Origin: Octopus bimaculoides
Taxonomy: Eukaryota
Assembly (NCBI RefSeq): GCF_001194135.2
Contig: NC_068984.1
Span: forward strand, 113,079,432 to 113,119,946
Direction: 5' to 3'
Length of the DNA stretch: 40,515 nt
In this document: positions 11,491-24,534 of the stretch, piece by piece
How positions within the stretch are numbered: position 1 is the stretch's first letter
Layout of the letters: each line of letters begins with the position of its first letter
Made by a program: the position numbers and the translations under genes
Notes under the pieces: model-generated
What the model was told of the DNA's origin: nothing
Seen by the model: only the letters and a program-made list of their open reading frames with translations
Database searches by the model: none

Positions 11491-11956
11491 ATTTCTCTTG
11501 GGAAATATAAGGGTGACGATGTCTTCATTCCACGGATCCCATTCGTGCCATCTGACTTCCCCTATGAATTTAAACGGCTTCAGTTCCCAGTTTTCCTGGG
11601 AAACAAGTTATGCTATGTCCATAAGCAAATCTCAAGCACAACCTCTCAACGTTGCTGGACTTAACCTTGCTTCTCTTTGCTTCTCTCATGGGCAATTATA
11701 TGTGGGATGTTCGCGAGTTGGAAATCCCAAAATTCTGTTTCTTTATACACCAATTAAAGGACACCCTGAAAACATTGTATATTTAGAAGTTGTACAAAAT
11801 TAAAATGTAATTGATTTCAGGATTTGTTTTAATAACTTTCTTTATACACACGTTATGTGATATAATTTTCCGAAAATATCTTTTTCAACAGAATAAATAT
11901 ATTTATTTCCTTTAACATTCTTTAAACTTCCGAGCAACGCCGGGTATTTAGGCTAG
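11491..11956 (+). mobile_element. Helitron 3' end: frameshifted RepHel (Pif1-like SF1 helicase) C-terminus, terminal hairpin and CTAG
   Basis: GKYKGDDVFIPRIPFVPSDFPYEFKRLQFPV, frameshift, then YAMSISKSQAQPL..AGLNL...CFSHGQLYVGCSRV...NIVYLEV* (stop at 11803). Hairpin CCGAGCAACGCCGG at 11930-11943; CTAG at 11953-11956 followed by T. Confidence 0.9.
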
Positions 11957-12966
11957 TATATAATAAAAACGGAAGACGTGCGTGTGCGTGCGCGTATACA
12001 GGCCTAGTTCTTGATCCCTCATATAATCAATATTTTTCATCCGATTATGTTCCAGCGAATATTTTTCATCAGTTATGTTCCAGCGATGGTCATAGACTCC
12101 TCAACTTTTCCGCATAATGAATAATGCCACACCTAGGGAACGAAAACTCCCTCTCATAGGTAAATAACAAATACCACCGGTCATTGCTACAAGGGACATT
12201 ACTCTTGATGGCGTAGTTATGCTACTTTCACTTCATCTTTCTCTAGAGTTTTTACAATGCCCATTCATAGCAAACCGTCGATATTTGCACAGTAGCACTT
12301 CCTTGGAGTAGCCATACAATTTAAATCAACTTTTAATTATTTTTTAAATACGTTATCAACTTGAAGCGACATCTAACCGCGAGCTAACCCAACTTCAACC
12401 GTCCAAAGGAGTGTACCGTTATAATAAATTACACCGTCCAAAGGACGGGTGCATTTGCTAGTATATATATATGCTCAAACACACACACACACACACACAC
12501 AGACACACACACACACACACACACAAACACATATATATACATATATGAATGAATATACAATCGTGACCAAAAGTTTGATACATTTTCGTACACGTGATGT
12601 ACGAGCTTCTATTTATAAAAAGTACACAATTTGGTCTAGAACTATATTTTTGATTTTTTTTCCTATTCTTTGTTCTAGATATTGAACCATTGGATCAGTT
12701 ATTACGTAAGTATGTCTCTACATTGTATATATTTGAATCGAATTCTACTTGGCCGTAACAATTTCAATTTTTTAAAAAATGTTTCAAACTGTATATGTGT
12801 GTGTGTTTGTGTATCTATATGTACGTATGCACATATATGTGTATGTATGTACGTATGTGTGTATATATGTATGTATGTATGTATGCATGCATGTATGTAT
12901 GTATGTATGTGTGTATGTATGTATATGAGTATAGACATGTGTGGGTGCCTCTGCGTGTGTCGATGC

Positions 12967-12999
<33 letters not shown>

Positions 13000-13802
13000 N
13001 NNNNNNNNNNNNNNNNNNNNNNNNNNNNNNNNNNNNNNNNNNNNNNNNNNNNNNNNNNNNNNNNNNNNNNNNNNNNNNNNNNNNNNNNNNNNNNNNNNNN
13101 NNNNNNNNNNNNNNNNNNNNNNNNNNNNNNNNNNNNNNNNNNNNNNNNNNNNNNNNNNNNNNNNNNNNNNNNNNNNNNNNNNNNNNNNNNNNNNNNNNNN
13201 NNNNNNNNNNNNNNNNNNNNNNNNNNNNNNNNNNNNNNNNNNNNNNNNNNNNNNNNNNNNNNNNNNNNNNNNNNNNNNNNNNNNNNNNNNNNNNNNNNNN
13301 NNNNNNNNNNNNNNNNNNNNNNNNNNNNNNNNNNNNNNNNNNNNNNNNNNNNNNNNNNNNNNNNNNNNNNNNNNNNNNNNNNNNNNNNNNNNNNNNNNNN
13401 NNNNNNNNNNNNNNNNNNNNNNNNNNNNNNNNNNNNNNNNNNNNNNNNNNNNNNNNNNNNNNNNNNNNNNNNNNNNNNNNNNNNNNNNNNNNNNNNNNNN
13501 NNNNNNNNNNNNNNNNNNNNNNNNNNNNNNNNNNNNNNNNNNNNNNNNNNNNNNNNNNNNNNNNNNNNNNNNNNNNNNNNNNNNNNNNNNNNNNNNNNNN
13601 NNNNNNNNNNNNNNNNNNNNNNNNNNAAAAAAGGATTTTGTATGATCGTGTATAGAGGAATATATTATTTTATTTAAAAGAGTTCCAACTCTGTCTGCTT
13701 TTTATGTTTTATTTATATTCTTGTAAAATTAATGTGGGATATAGAATATGGAATATATAATATATAATATAAAACAGATAGTAAAATGAAATGAAGTATT
13801 GA

Positions 13803-13894
13803 ATGTCTTATTGCATATATGAAATATGTCTTATTGGATATATGAAATATGTCTTATTGAATATATGAAATATGTCTTATTGAATATATGAAAT
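13803..13894. repeat. 23-bp minisatellite, 4 copies
   Basis: ATGTCTTATTG(C/G/A/A)ATATATGAAAT x4. Confidence 0.95.
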
Positions 13895-14032
13895 ATTGAG
13901 TATTCAATATAGAGAATTAGATATATAAAGGCGAATACGTATTTCCATACCTAGTGGTATTCATCAAGGCCTTCGTCTGCTAGACTAACAGACTGGCTGT
14001 TTTTTTTTTGTCATTTATACCTATTCGTTTGG

Positions 14033-14260
14033 ACAGCAGCAGTAGGTGTTTGGCTATTTTTAGAAATGATGCCAAGTTTATTTTTAGAAATGATGACATT
14101 TGAGAGATTTTTTGTGTTTTAGTTATAGGGATAAGATGTTTNNNNNNNNNNACAGCAGCAGTAGGTGTTTGGCTATTTTTAGAAATGATGCCAAGTTTAT
14201 TTTTAGAAATGATGACATTTGAGAGATTTTTTGTGTTTTAGTTATAGGGATAAGATGTTT
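14033..14260. other. 109-bp exact direct duplication flanking a 10-N gap (probable unmerged contig overlap)
   Basis: 14033-14141 is identical to 14152-14260, separated only by Ns. Confidence 0.85.
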
Positions 14261-14429
14261 AAACCCCAACTAAGATAAATTTAATCATTGTTTGTTAAGA
14301 GTGGGTTTGAATTTCTTAGTAAAGTCATTTTCTTTGCGTTTTCTCTCAATTTCATTCAGGTTGTAAAGTTTATGGAATGGAAATATAATAACTTTTATTA
14401 TATTTCCATTCCACAGAATACATATGTGT

Positions 14430-14483
<54 letters not shown>

Positions 14484-14510
14484 CTATATACTCATACACA
14501 CACGCACACG

Positions 14511-14541
<31 letters not shown>

Positions 14542-15740
14542 ATATATATACACACACACATATAAACATATTGTAGAATGAGGTGTATACGCTTGTGGGT
14601 AGATACTGGATGCGCTTTCTCAACTATTCCCGTGGCTGCTTGAGTATGGGTGTTTAATTTAAGTGCCATGCTTGAATTTTGTCACTCATTTGTATAAAGA
14701 AAACTTATGAAACGTAAAAACGCGCGCATTTACATTTCAGCGTATATAACAATTCGAAATATAAAAATTACAATAATACCACTCTCACAAACTCTTATAT
14801 ACATTTACAAAGAGGCTGACAGTCACCCATTCACACATACAAAGGAAGAAACATACACGCACACACGCACATAAACACACACTGAAACACACATGCACAC
14901 ATACACACACACACACGGCCATGCACACGTACATATATATATACACGCTCGTATTTAATCACCCACTCAAAGGTGCACAAAGTCATATATCCACAAGCTC
15001 GTATACAAACGCACACACTCAGACACATACACATACACTCACGCACACACTCTCGCGCGCACGCACACACACAATTGTATCGACACACTTGGACATGCCC
15101 AGGCATGCGGAAACGCACGTATGCATTTACTTCGACTCTCGTGCAATAATTTACTTTCACACTGCGCATGCGCGCACACGCACATATAAACATATACACA
15201 CACACACACAATCTCGTTTATACAAGCTCGTACGTAAGCAAACACAAACACTGCATTCACGCACGCTTCCATACACACACACACACATACACACCATACA
15301 CACACAGAGATATATTCTGGCACCTAAACACACGCATACACAAACTAAAAAAAGAAAAAGTAAATAAATATGGTGGAACCGTGTTGCTAATTAAATGAAT
15401 TATGAACGATCTCGCATAGCTTTAATTAGCAGGATAATAACAGCCAGATTATAAAAATCAGTGTCTCGCAACCATTGTTTTGGCAACAAACAGCAGCAAC
15501 AATAACAACTAAACGTTCAACAACAAACAATAACAACAACAACAACAACAACAACAACGGCGTCTACAACAACAACAACAACAACAGCAACAACGACAGC
15601 AATAACTAATAGTGTTACTACTAATAATAATACAAAATATAGCAGCAATATCGATTTTGATTGACTAGACTGGAGGTCAAATTTTGGCAAGGGAAAAATC
15701 ATAATTGATCGAAATCGACAAAAGTTTAATGGGTTGTTTT

Positions 15741-15772
<32 letters not shown>

Positions 15773-16056
15773 TTCTCGCTTTCTTCTTATTTATTTATTC
15801 GTTTATTTATTTTTTTTTTTTTGACATAGCACAATGAGGATTTGAACTCGGAACCGGTGAAAGTGAATTGTATAAAAAAAGAAAACCTCAAAACGTGGCT
15901 ACTAACAAGACTAACAATATGGATGATTATGGATGAAGTACCTCTGGGGAACGCTGCATACTAAGTGCAAGCCTACGCAGCCAAGATCGCATATATATAT
16001 ATGGTGCACCAGCATGACCGCAGCCACTTGGCTGAAACACATAAATAAATAAATAA

Positions 16057-16139
<83 letters not shown>

Positions 16140-16484
16140 TAATATAATGAGTAAGCTGAAAAGACTTCGATGCACCATGCAATTAGTACACAACCACTCC
16201 CTCCAAAGGTGCTTAAAATTTATTGGTAAAGAAGTAAGGGAGTTAGATTTAAGAAAATAGCTAACCGGAAGCATTGAGAGACTGCATTAGAATGGATCTT
16301 GTGTTCAAAGATAACCGGTGAAGGTTGAAGTAATACATTATAATTCTAAGTAAGTTAGATATATAAAGTAATGATGAAATTCAGTGAGATATATGAATTA
16401 GAATAATTAACTGTGGAATAAGAATATATACAAATACAAACAGCGTATTAAATATATATTGATGACACATGACATATATATATA

Positions 16485-16520
<36 letters not shown>

Positions 16521-16759
16521 TGTGTGTGTGTGTGTGTGCGTATGTATGTATGTATGTATTGTTTGAAAAGTTTAAACGAAAGCGCTCACACACTAGAAAA
16601 ATCTTCCTAAAAGATTTCATATTTTTTTAAAACTGTATTAAGTAATTCATTGGCAGTCTTTCAAATACACTCACACTCACACATACACACACATATACAT
16701 ACATACATACATACATACATACATACATGCATGCATACATACATACATACATACATACA

Positions 16760-16805
<46 letters not shown>

Positions 16806-17375
16806 TGCGTGTGTGTATATATTGACTAAACTTACTAATGAGAAAGAAAGGAGAAAATTAATTTCATCATCAGAATTTATGACTGTAAAAGCTTTAGTTG
16901 AACATTATGAGACGAAGAAGACAGCAGAATAAACTTTTGAACATCAGAAATAGAATCAACCGTTGCATCTCGGAAAATCTTATGAGTACACGCTTCTTTC
17001 TAAGTGCGCTAGTTAGAAAATGAGTGAGCGCGCTTAAGCGCGGAGCTTAGCAAGAACACTGTAGTGGAAATGATTTCGTCAACCTCCATAAAAATGCAGC
17101 AACTGTGACATGAGAAATAACAACGGTCTTGACAAACCAAACATGTAGGCTCTACCTGGCAACAACTGCTGCTAGAATAAGTACTTGAGTCTCCCTGAAA
17201 TCACCCTGTACTCTTCAAAAAATAAAAGAATAAGGATATCTTTGGCCAGTCTTGGTCAAGCTGCCGCCCGTGGGATTTTCTGAATCGTACGTCTAATTTC
17301 CTGAGGTAAATAGCGTTTATTAGAATTACGTCGAATACTTTGAGCAGTGTGACCTGCAATGCCTAAGATCTAGAC

Positions 17376-18013
17376 TAGTGTTTCTCAACGAATTTATTTT
17401 TTTTATCTCTTGACCCCTTTGATTCCTATTTTATTCGGATAGACCCCTCATAGCCATTCGATGTTTTTAAAAACATCCTATCACATTTTTATAATGCGTG
17501 GCACCTTGCGCAAGTGTTTTCTACTATAGCCTTGGGATGACTAAACCTTGTGAGTAGATTTTGTAGGCGGAAACTGAAAGAAGCCCATCGCATATATATG
17601 TGTGTATGTGTCTGTGTGTGCATGTGTGTATGTTTTGTGTCTGTCTTTGTCCCACCATCATCGCTTGACAAACGATGCGGATGTGTTTGTGTCACTGTAC
17701 ATTAGCTGTTCGGCCTAAGAGGTCGATAGAATATGTACTAGGCTTACAAAGAATAAGTCTTGGGGTCGATTTCTTCGACTAAAACCCTTTAAGACGGTGC
17801 TCCAGCATGGCCGCAGTCAAATGATTGAAACAGATAAAAGAATAAAAGAATAAAAAATATAAAAGAATAAATATTATTATGAATTGTATAAAAAATATTT
17901 TCGAAATATTTTGTTTTGCAGAAGTATAACCAGGTTATTGCACCTAAAATTTAACAACAAAATCTTATATCGACCCCGCCAAAGGTCATATGGACCCCAG
18001 TTGAGAACCACCA
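17376..18013. mobile_element. Non-autonomous hAT (Charlie-like) element interrupted by a SINE
   Basis: Left end TAGTGTTTCTCAAC and right end GTTGAGAACCACCA (Charlie-type TIR CAGTGGTTCTCAAC). Flanks ATCTAGAC (17368-17375, fits NTCTAGAN) and ATTTAAAC (18014-18021) match at 6/8, consistent with a decayed 8-bp TSD. Confidence 0.7.
17495..17870 (+). mobile_element. 5'-truncated SINE type B nested in the hAT element
   Basis: GCGTGGCACCTTG.GCAAGTG...GGAAACTGAAAGAAGCCC..(GT)n..GGGGTCGATTTCTTCGACT..CCAGCATGGCCGCAGTCAAATGA, with an (AAAAGAAT)n tail. Confidence 0.8.
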
Positions 18014-18123
18014 ATTTAAACAATGCAGTGACACGAAATACACGCGTTGGTCATGGCACTAACGTCCTTCATTGTAGATTTGTTTCATCAAGCTTGTTCT
18101 GGAACTCAACAACAGTAACGAGT

Positions 18124-18320
18124 CTAGGACATTTACACCTTATAGACATTTACACCCCACCAAGGACAATTACCCCTGAGGTCAACAGATGATGATTTAA
18201 AACTGCTTAATATATTGGAGAGGGGGGTAATTAACTAAGGGAGGTAATTGTCCAATGGGGTAGTTGTCGTCGGGGAGAATTGTCCTATAGGTGGTAATTG
18301 TCCTAGGTGGGTAATCGTCT
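18124..18320. repeat. Inverted arrays of an 11-13-bp motif (GGACAATTACC / GGTAATTGTCC); MITE-like remnant
   Basis: Three forward copies at 18127-18176 and about six reverse copies at 18222-18320. Confidence 0.5.
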
Positions 18321-18711
18321 TGATGTGACAGCAACAGCAACGACAATAACAATGTAATTACAGCAAGAACAATCTCCACACTCGTGTGTATCAATAATAC
18401 CAACGACTATACGAGACCTCTGGTATGAGACATCTCGTATCAACAGTATTATCATCACCACTACCACAACACCATCATCATCGTCGTCGTCATTGTCGTT
18501 TTCCAGTTTACCACCACCGCTATAACCACCACCTGCTATAACCACCATTACTCTCACCTCGACTACCACGTTCATCATCATCACCGCTGCTAACATATTC
18601 ACCATTACCATTATCGTAACCGCCATCACCATCTCAACCATCACATTCTTCACCATCACTGCCACCACCACCATCATTACCACCACTACTACTACCACTA
18701 CCGCCATCACC

Positions 18712-18742
<31 letters not shown>

Positions 18743-19092
18743 TCACCTCCACTCACCACCACTTTAGCCATCACCGTCATCTTAATCATCACCACCACCT
18801 TAGCCATCACCACCATCTTAGCCATCACCACCATCTTAGCCATCAGTAGCACCATCTGATTTTGTAGTAATAGCAGTAGCGGTAGTAGTGAACGGCAAAT
18901 GGAGATAAGAGATTAATAAAAGCAACGTGGTTCTGCTACACCAACAATTGCAGCCATAATGATAACATTATCAGCACTTAAAACTCAGAGTTGCCCTCAA
19001 TACATCTGTGATTCCGTGGAGAAATGAGTGCTTTGCACAAGGAGGATGACAACAACCACATCAACAAACACCAGCAGCAACAACATTAAGCA

Positions 19093-19227
19093 ATGACCAC
19101 CACAACGACGACGACGACGACGACGGCGACGATGATGATGATGACGATGATGATGATGTTGATGATGGTGATGATGATGATGATGATGATGATGATGTTG
19201 ATGATGATGATGATGATGATGACGACA

Positions 19228-19271
<44 letters not shown>

Positions 19272-19765
19272 CGACAGCAACATCAAAGACGACGACGATG
19301 ACGCCAGCAACAACAACGCTGACAACAACTACAACGACGATTATAAAGCTAAAATGGCGATGACAACAATGTATACAATAACAATAACAACGGTATCAAC
19401 AGGAACGATAACGATGCTAGGATGTGGATGATGATGATGACGATGATGATGATGATGATGATGATAATTTTGATGATGATAATGATGATGATGATGATGA
19501 TGATGATAATTTTGATGATGATGATAACGATGATGATGATGATGATGATGATGATGCTGATGATGATGATGATGATGATGAGGATGATGATAATGATGAT
19601 GATGAACATTTTGATGATGATGATGACGATGATGATGATGATGACGTGGATGAGGATGATGATGATGTTGATAGTGATGATGATGATGATGTTGATGATT
19701 GTGATGATGATGATGATGATCATCATCATCATCATGATGATGATGATGAGGATGATGATGACGAA

Positions 19766-19796
<31 letters not shown>

Positions 19797-19947
19797 ATGA
19801 TGCTGCTGATGATGAGGATGATAATGACGATGATGATAATGATGATGATGAACATTTTGATGATGATGATGACGATGATGATGATGATGATGACGATGAT
19901 GATGATGTTGATAGTGATGATGATGATGATGATGATGTTGATGATTG

Positions 19948-19990
<43 letters not shown>

Positions 19991-20135
19991 CATGAGGATG
20001 ATGATGATGATGATGATTTTAATAATGACTATGATGATGATGATGATGATGATGACGACGACGATGATGATGATGATGGTGGTGGTGGTGGTGGTGGTGA
20101 TGATGATTTTGATGATGATGATGATGATGATGACT
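19093..20135. repeat. Long degenerate (GAT)n tract
   Basis: Directly visible. It produces the spurious poly-Asp, poly-Met and poly-Ile ORFs. Confidence 0.95.
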
Positions 20136-20285
20136 ACGATCACGACGACGACGACGACAACAACAGCAACAAGAACGAGAACAACGACAGCAGCAATGAA
20201 AATAACGACAACCACGACGAGTATGACGTCAGCAGTAACAACAACAAACAATAACATTAGCAACAAAATAACTACAATAATAACA

Positions 20286-20520
20286 TTTCTACTATTGGGA
20301 CAATACCTGAATTTTGGCGGTTGGGGGGAGAATTTGGGGAAGAGGTGGGTGCTAGTGAATTACATGGACCTCCCAGTGATCAACTGGTACTTATTTCATC
20401 GAATCCGAAACGGTGAAAAGCAAAGTCGACTTCAGCAAGATTTGAACTGAGAACGTGAAGACGAGTGAAATGGCTGTCGAGCAATTTTGTCCGGCGTGCT
20501 AACGATTCTGCCAACTCGAG
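20286..20520 (-). mobile_element. tRNA-derived SINE type A (degenerate)
   Basis: Aligns in reverse with 33803-34020 (ACTGGTACTTATTT.ATCGA..GCAAAGTCGAC..ATTTGAACT..GCTAACGATTCTGCCA). Confidence 0.7.
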
Positions 20521-20751
20521 CGAAGACAACAGCGTCGACGACGGCGACAACGACAAGAAGAAGAACAAGAAGAAGAAGAACAACAACAACAACAACATTA
20601 TATACATTATTTACAATTGACGGATATTTGTCTTCATCTTGTTTGTTGTTAATACAACGTTTCAGCTGATCAACCTTCCAGCCTTCATCAGGTGTCTTGG
20701 GGAAATTTCGAACCTGAGTTCTCATTCCTAAGGTATTTTTCGATGTTGTTG

Positions 20752-20832
<81 letters not shown>

Positions 20833-21614
20833 TTCCTATTTATTNNNNNNNNNNNNNNNNNNNNNNNNNNNNNNNNNNNNNNNNNNNNNNNNNNNNNNNN
20901 NNNNNNNNNNNNNNNNNNNNNNNNNNNNNNNNNNNNNNNNNNNNNNNNNNNNNNNNNNNNNNNNNNNNNNNNNNNNNNNNNNNNNNNNNNNNNNNNNNNN
21001 NNNNNNNNNNNNNNNNNNNNNNNNNNNNNNNNNNNNNNNNNNNNNNNNNNNNNNNNNNNNNNNNNNNNNNNNNNNNNNNNNNNNNNNNNNNNNNNNNNNN
21101 NNNNNNNNNNNNNNNNNNNNNNNNNNNNNNNNNNNNNNNNNNNNNNNNNNNNNNNNNNNNNNNNNNNNNNNNNNNNNNNNNNNNNNNNNNNNNCTGCAAT
21201 GCTCCTAGATGTCTCCCCTATGTATGTCATACATAGGTACATAATTATATGAACAGACAAGCATGCATACACACATACGCAAATGAAGACTGGAACATAT
21301 GACCATATACACACACACTTCACACAAGGACACATATGGAGACACATCCACACACATATGGAGATATACATCCATGCATACAGACACAATACATAGTCAC
21401 AAAGATCATACATACGCACACAGACACACTCAGATATGCACACACAAGGAGACAGAGGTAAACACACACACACACATGCAAACACACATACACACATAAA
21501 AACACACAAACACATGGATATGCAGAATACATACATACAAACGTACACGCAAACATACATATATCCATACGCGCACATACATATGCATACATGCATACAC
21601 ACACTTACATGCAT

Positions 21615-22278
21615 GTTTATAGCGACAAGGCAATGGGTCGTATGCAATGTTTCGAGTGGCACTGGCGCTTCAAAAGTGGTAGAATGTCCCTGGAAGACGA
21701 TGAATGATCTGGAAGACGATGAACGATCTGGAAGACGATGAGCGATCTGGAAGACGTTGAACGATCTAGAAGACCTGCCACCCCCGGAAATGTGTTATTG
21801 TGCATCGAGAATTCGTTCACCAGGGTCGGACCATCAATCGAGAGTTCTATTGCGACGTCTTGATGCATCTGAGGGAGGACATTCGGCAAAAGTGACCGGA
21901 TCTGCGGAACGCGAAAAATTGGATTCTTCACGACGACAATGCACCCCGGCACCGAGCTCTCCTCAATCGTGGTATTGCTTTTGCAGCCACCCTATTCGCC
22001 AGATTTAGCACCTGCGGACTTCCATCTCTTCTCCTAAGATGAAAACGCAGCTCAAAGGTCACCGTTTGTTGAGATCCAGAGCGAATCGTAGAAGGTCCAC
22101 GATTCGCTTATAGAAAACGACTTCCAGGCTAGATTCCAAAAGCGGCAGGAATGCAGGGACTTGACGTATCTCTGTGCAAAGTGACTATTTCGAAGGAGAT
22201 GATGGTAAAACTTAGGTAAATAAAATATTTGTTTTTTAAAGGATAACTTGTTCGGGAACCTTTTGATACCGCTTCGTA
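21615..22278 (+). mobile_element. Internally deleted mariner transposase remnant with right TIR and TA
   Basis: VYSDKAMGRMQCFEWHWRFKSGRMSLEDDE(RSGRP) HTH region, deletion, then VHREFVHQGRTINREFYCDVL..LREDIRQK, WILHDDNAPRH and PPYSPDLAPADFHLF. It ends GTTCGGGAACCTTTTGATACCGCTTCG followed by TA. Confidence 0.9.
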
Positions 22279-22279
22279 T

Positions 22280-22406
22280 TTTATTGACCCCGAAAGGATG
22301 AAAATCAATTTGACCTCGGCGGAATTTGAACTCAGGACGTAAAGACAGACGAAATGCCGCTAAGCATTTTCACTCGGCGTGTTAACAATTCTGCCAGCTC
22401 ACCACT
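22280..22406 (-). mobile_element. SINE type A 5' half
   Basis: GACCCCGAAAGGATGAAA..GACCTCGGCGGAATTTGAACTCAG..GCTAAGCATT..CTGCCAGCTC. Confidence 0.75.
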
Positions 22407-22789
22407 TTTGTCTGCTAGAAACATTAGCCTAATATCCCTCACAATCACACGCTAAGACTTATAGCAAAAAGAAACAAAAAAGAAACAGCACACAGAACGC
22501 ATTAGATAATGCGGTCTTAATTACTACACTAATTACACTGTACTTGAGGGACTGTCATGGCCGGAATGCCTTTGATCATAGATCTCTTCAATCAAGAGTG
22601 ACCTGTCAATTCAATAACAACAACAACAACAACGATGTCGACGACAGGACGAGAGATCAAATGGTGATCATTATCGATCTTGTTATTTTTTTTCTTTTTC
22701 GTTTTTATAAATCAAACACTAAACATAGACAATCAAGAAAATGAATTTTGAGGGTGTTGGATAAATAAAGAGGCGCAAAGGATTGTGGG

Positions 22790-24500
22790 TAGTTGTGGTG
22801 GTTGTGGTGGTGGTGGTGGCGGCAGCGGTTACAGCAATGATAGTGGTGCCATTGATAATTGATGTTGCGGTGGTATGTTTCTAGTAGTAGTAGTAGTAAT
22901 AATGAATGTGGTGGTGGTGGTAGAGGTGGTGTTTCCGGTGGTGGAGTTTGTGGTAGTGCTGGTTGTGGTGGTGATACTGTGGTGAAGGCAGTCGTGTTCG
23001 TAGTAGTGGTGGCGGCGGTGATGCTTGTGGTGTTGATGGTAATGCTTGTGGTGGTGGTGGTTCTGGTGGTGGTGGAGATGGTGGTTCTGGTGGTGGTGAT
23101 GCTTGCGGTTGTGTGATGTTGTTTGTGGTGATGGTGGTAGTGGTGGTGATGATTGTGGTGACAGCAGTTATGTTCGTAGTAGTGGTGGTGCTGGTGGTGG
23201 TAGTGGTGGTGATGTTTATGGTGGTGGTGGAGGTGGTGGTGGTGGTTGTGGTAGTGGTGGTGGTGGTGGTGGTGGTGGTGGNNNNNNNNNNNNNNNNNNN
23301 NNNNNNNNNNNNNNNNNNNNNNNNNNNNNNNNNNNNNNNNNNNNNNNNNNNNNNNNNNNNNNNNNNNNNNNNNNNNNNNNNNNNNNNNNNNNNNNNNNNN
23401 NNNNNNNNNNNNNNNNNNNNNNNNNNNNNNNNNNNNNNNNNNNNNNNNNNNNNNNNNNNNNNNNNNNNNNNNNNNNNNNNNNNNNNNNNNNNNNNNNNNN
23501 NNNNNNNNNNNNNNNNNNNNNNNNNNNNNNNNNNNNNNNNNNNNNNNNNNNNNNNNNNNNNNNNNNNNNNNNNNNNNNNNNNNNNNNNNNNNNNNNNNNN
23601 NNNNNNNNNNNNNNNNNNNNNNNNNNNNNNNNNNNNNNNNNNNNNNNNNNNNNNNNNNNNNNNNNNNNNNNNNNNNNNNNNNNNNNNNNNNNNNNNNNNN
23701 NNNNNNNNNNNNNNNNNNNNNNNNNNNNNNNNNNNNNNNNNNNNNNNNNNNNNNNNNNNNNNNNNNNNNNNNNNNNNNNNNNNNNNNNNNNNNNNNNNNN
23801 NNNNNNNNNNNNNNNNNNNNNNNNNNNNNNNNNNNNNNNNNNNNNNNNNNNNNNNNNNNNNNNNNNNNNNNNNNNNNNNNNNNNNNNNNNNNNNNNNNNN
23901 NNNNNNNNNNNNNNNNNNNNNNNNNNNNNNNNNNNNNNNNNNNNNNNNNNNNNNNNNNNNNNNNNNNNNNNNNNNNNNNNNNNNNNNNNNNNTGGAATCT
24001 ATATAAATGGTGTTAAGAGGTTGGGTAAGAATTTCTGGCTGTTGTTGTTGTTGTTGTTGTTGGTGGTGGCGGTGGTGGCGCTTGTACTGAGAAGGTGTTG
24101 GTGATAGAAGTGGTGGTGCTGGTGCTGATGATGATGGTGATGATGAGGCTCCTTTTGATGGTGGTGTTGGAGGAGGAGGAATGATGGTACTGCTGCTGCT
24201 GATGATGATGACATGTGGTGATGGTGGTGGTGGTGGTGGTGGTGGTGGTGGCAGCGGTGTCGTTGCTGCTTCTGCTGCTGCTACTGATGATGATGATGAT
24301 AATGATGATGACGATGATGATGGAAGTGATTCATAGTGGCCATGATGATTATGGTAATATTGATGTTGATGATAAAGTTGATGACGGTGATGCAATAATA
24401 GATAACAGTGACAAAGCTTCAGCGATGGTGTTGGCGGATGGCGGCTACAGTGGTGCAGTATTATTATTGTTGTTGTTGGCTGTGATGGTTATGCTGCTGT
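22790..24500. repeat. (GGT)n/(GAT)n/(GTT)n low-complexity block spanning gap 23282-23992
   Basis: Directly visible. Confidence 0.9.
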
Positions 24501-24534
24501 TGCTGGTAGAGTGATCGCTGGTGGAGATCCTAGT

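Noticed and set aside
12027-12448. ~29-bp direct duplication (12027-12084) and CCGTCCAAAGGACGG hairpin (12434-12448)
   Set aside because: These are small local features with no definable element boundaries or coding match.
12556-12577. Tc1-like terminus TA|CAATCGTGACCAAAAGTTTG
   Set aside because: No convincing partner TIR nearby; single short motif only.
14033-14260. 109-bp tandem duplication as a biological event
   Set aside because: It is a perfect copy separated exactly by a 10-N gap, typical of an unmerged contig overlap.
19422-20450. 276-aa poly-Asp and 342-aa poly-Met ORFs (superficially like molluscan Asp-rich biomineralisation proteins such as aspein)
   Set aside because: There is no signal peptide or non-repeat domain, the tract is continuous with neighbouring microsatellites, and the 342-aa ORF runs into a SINE. 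(GAT)n is automatically open in two frames.
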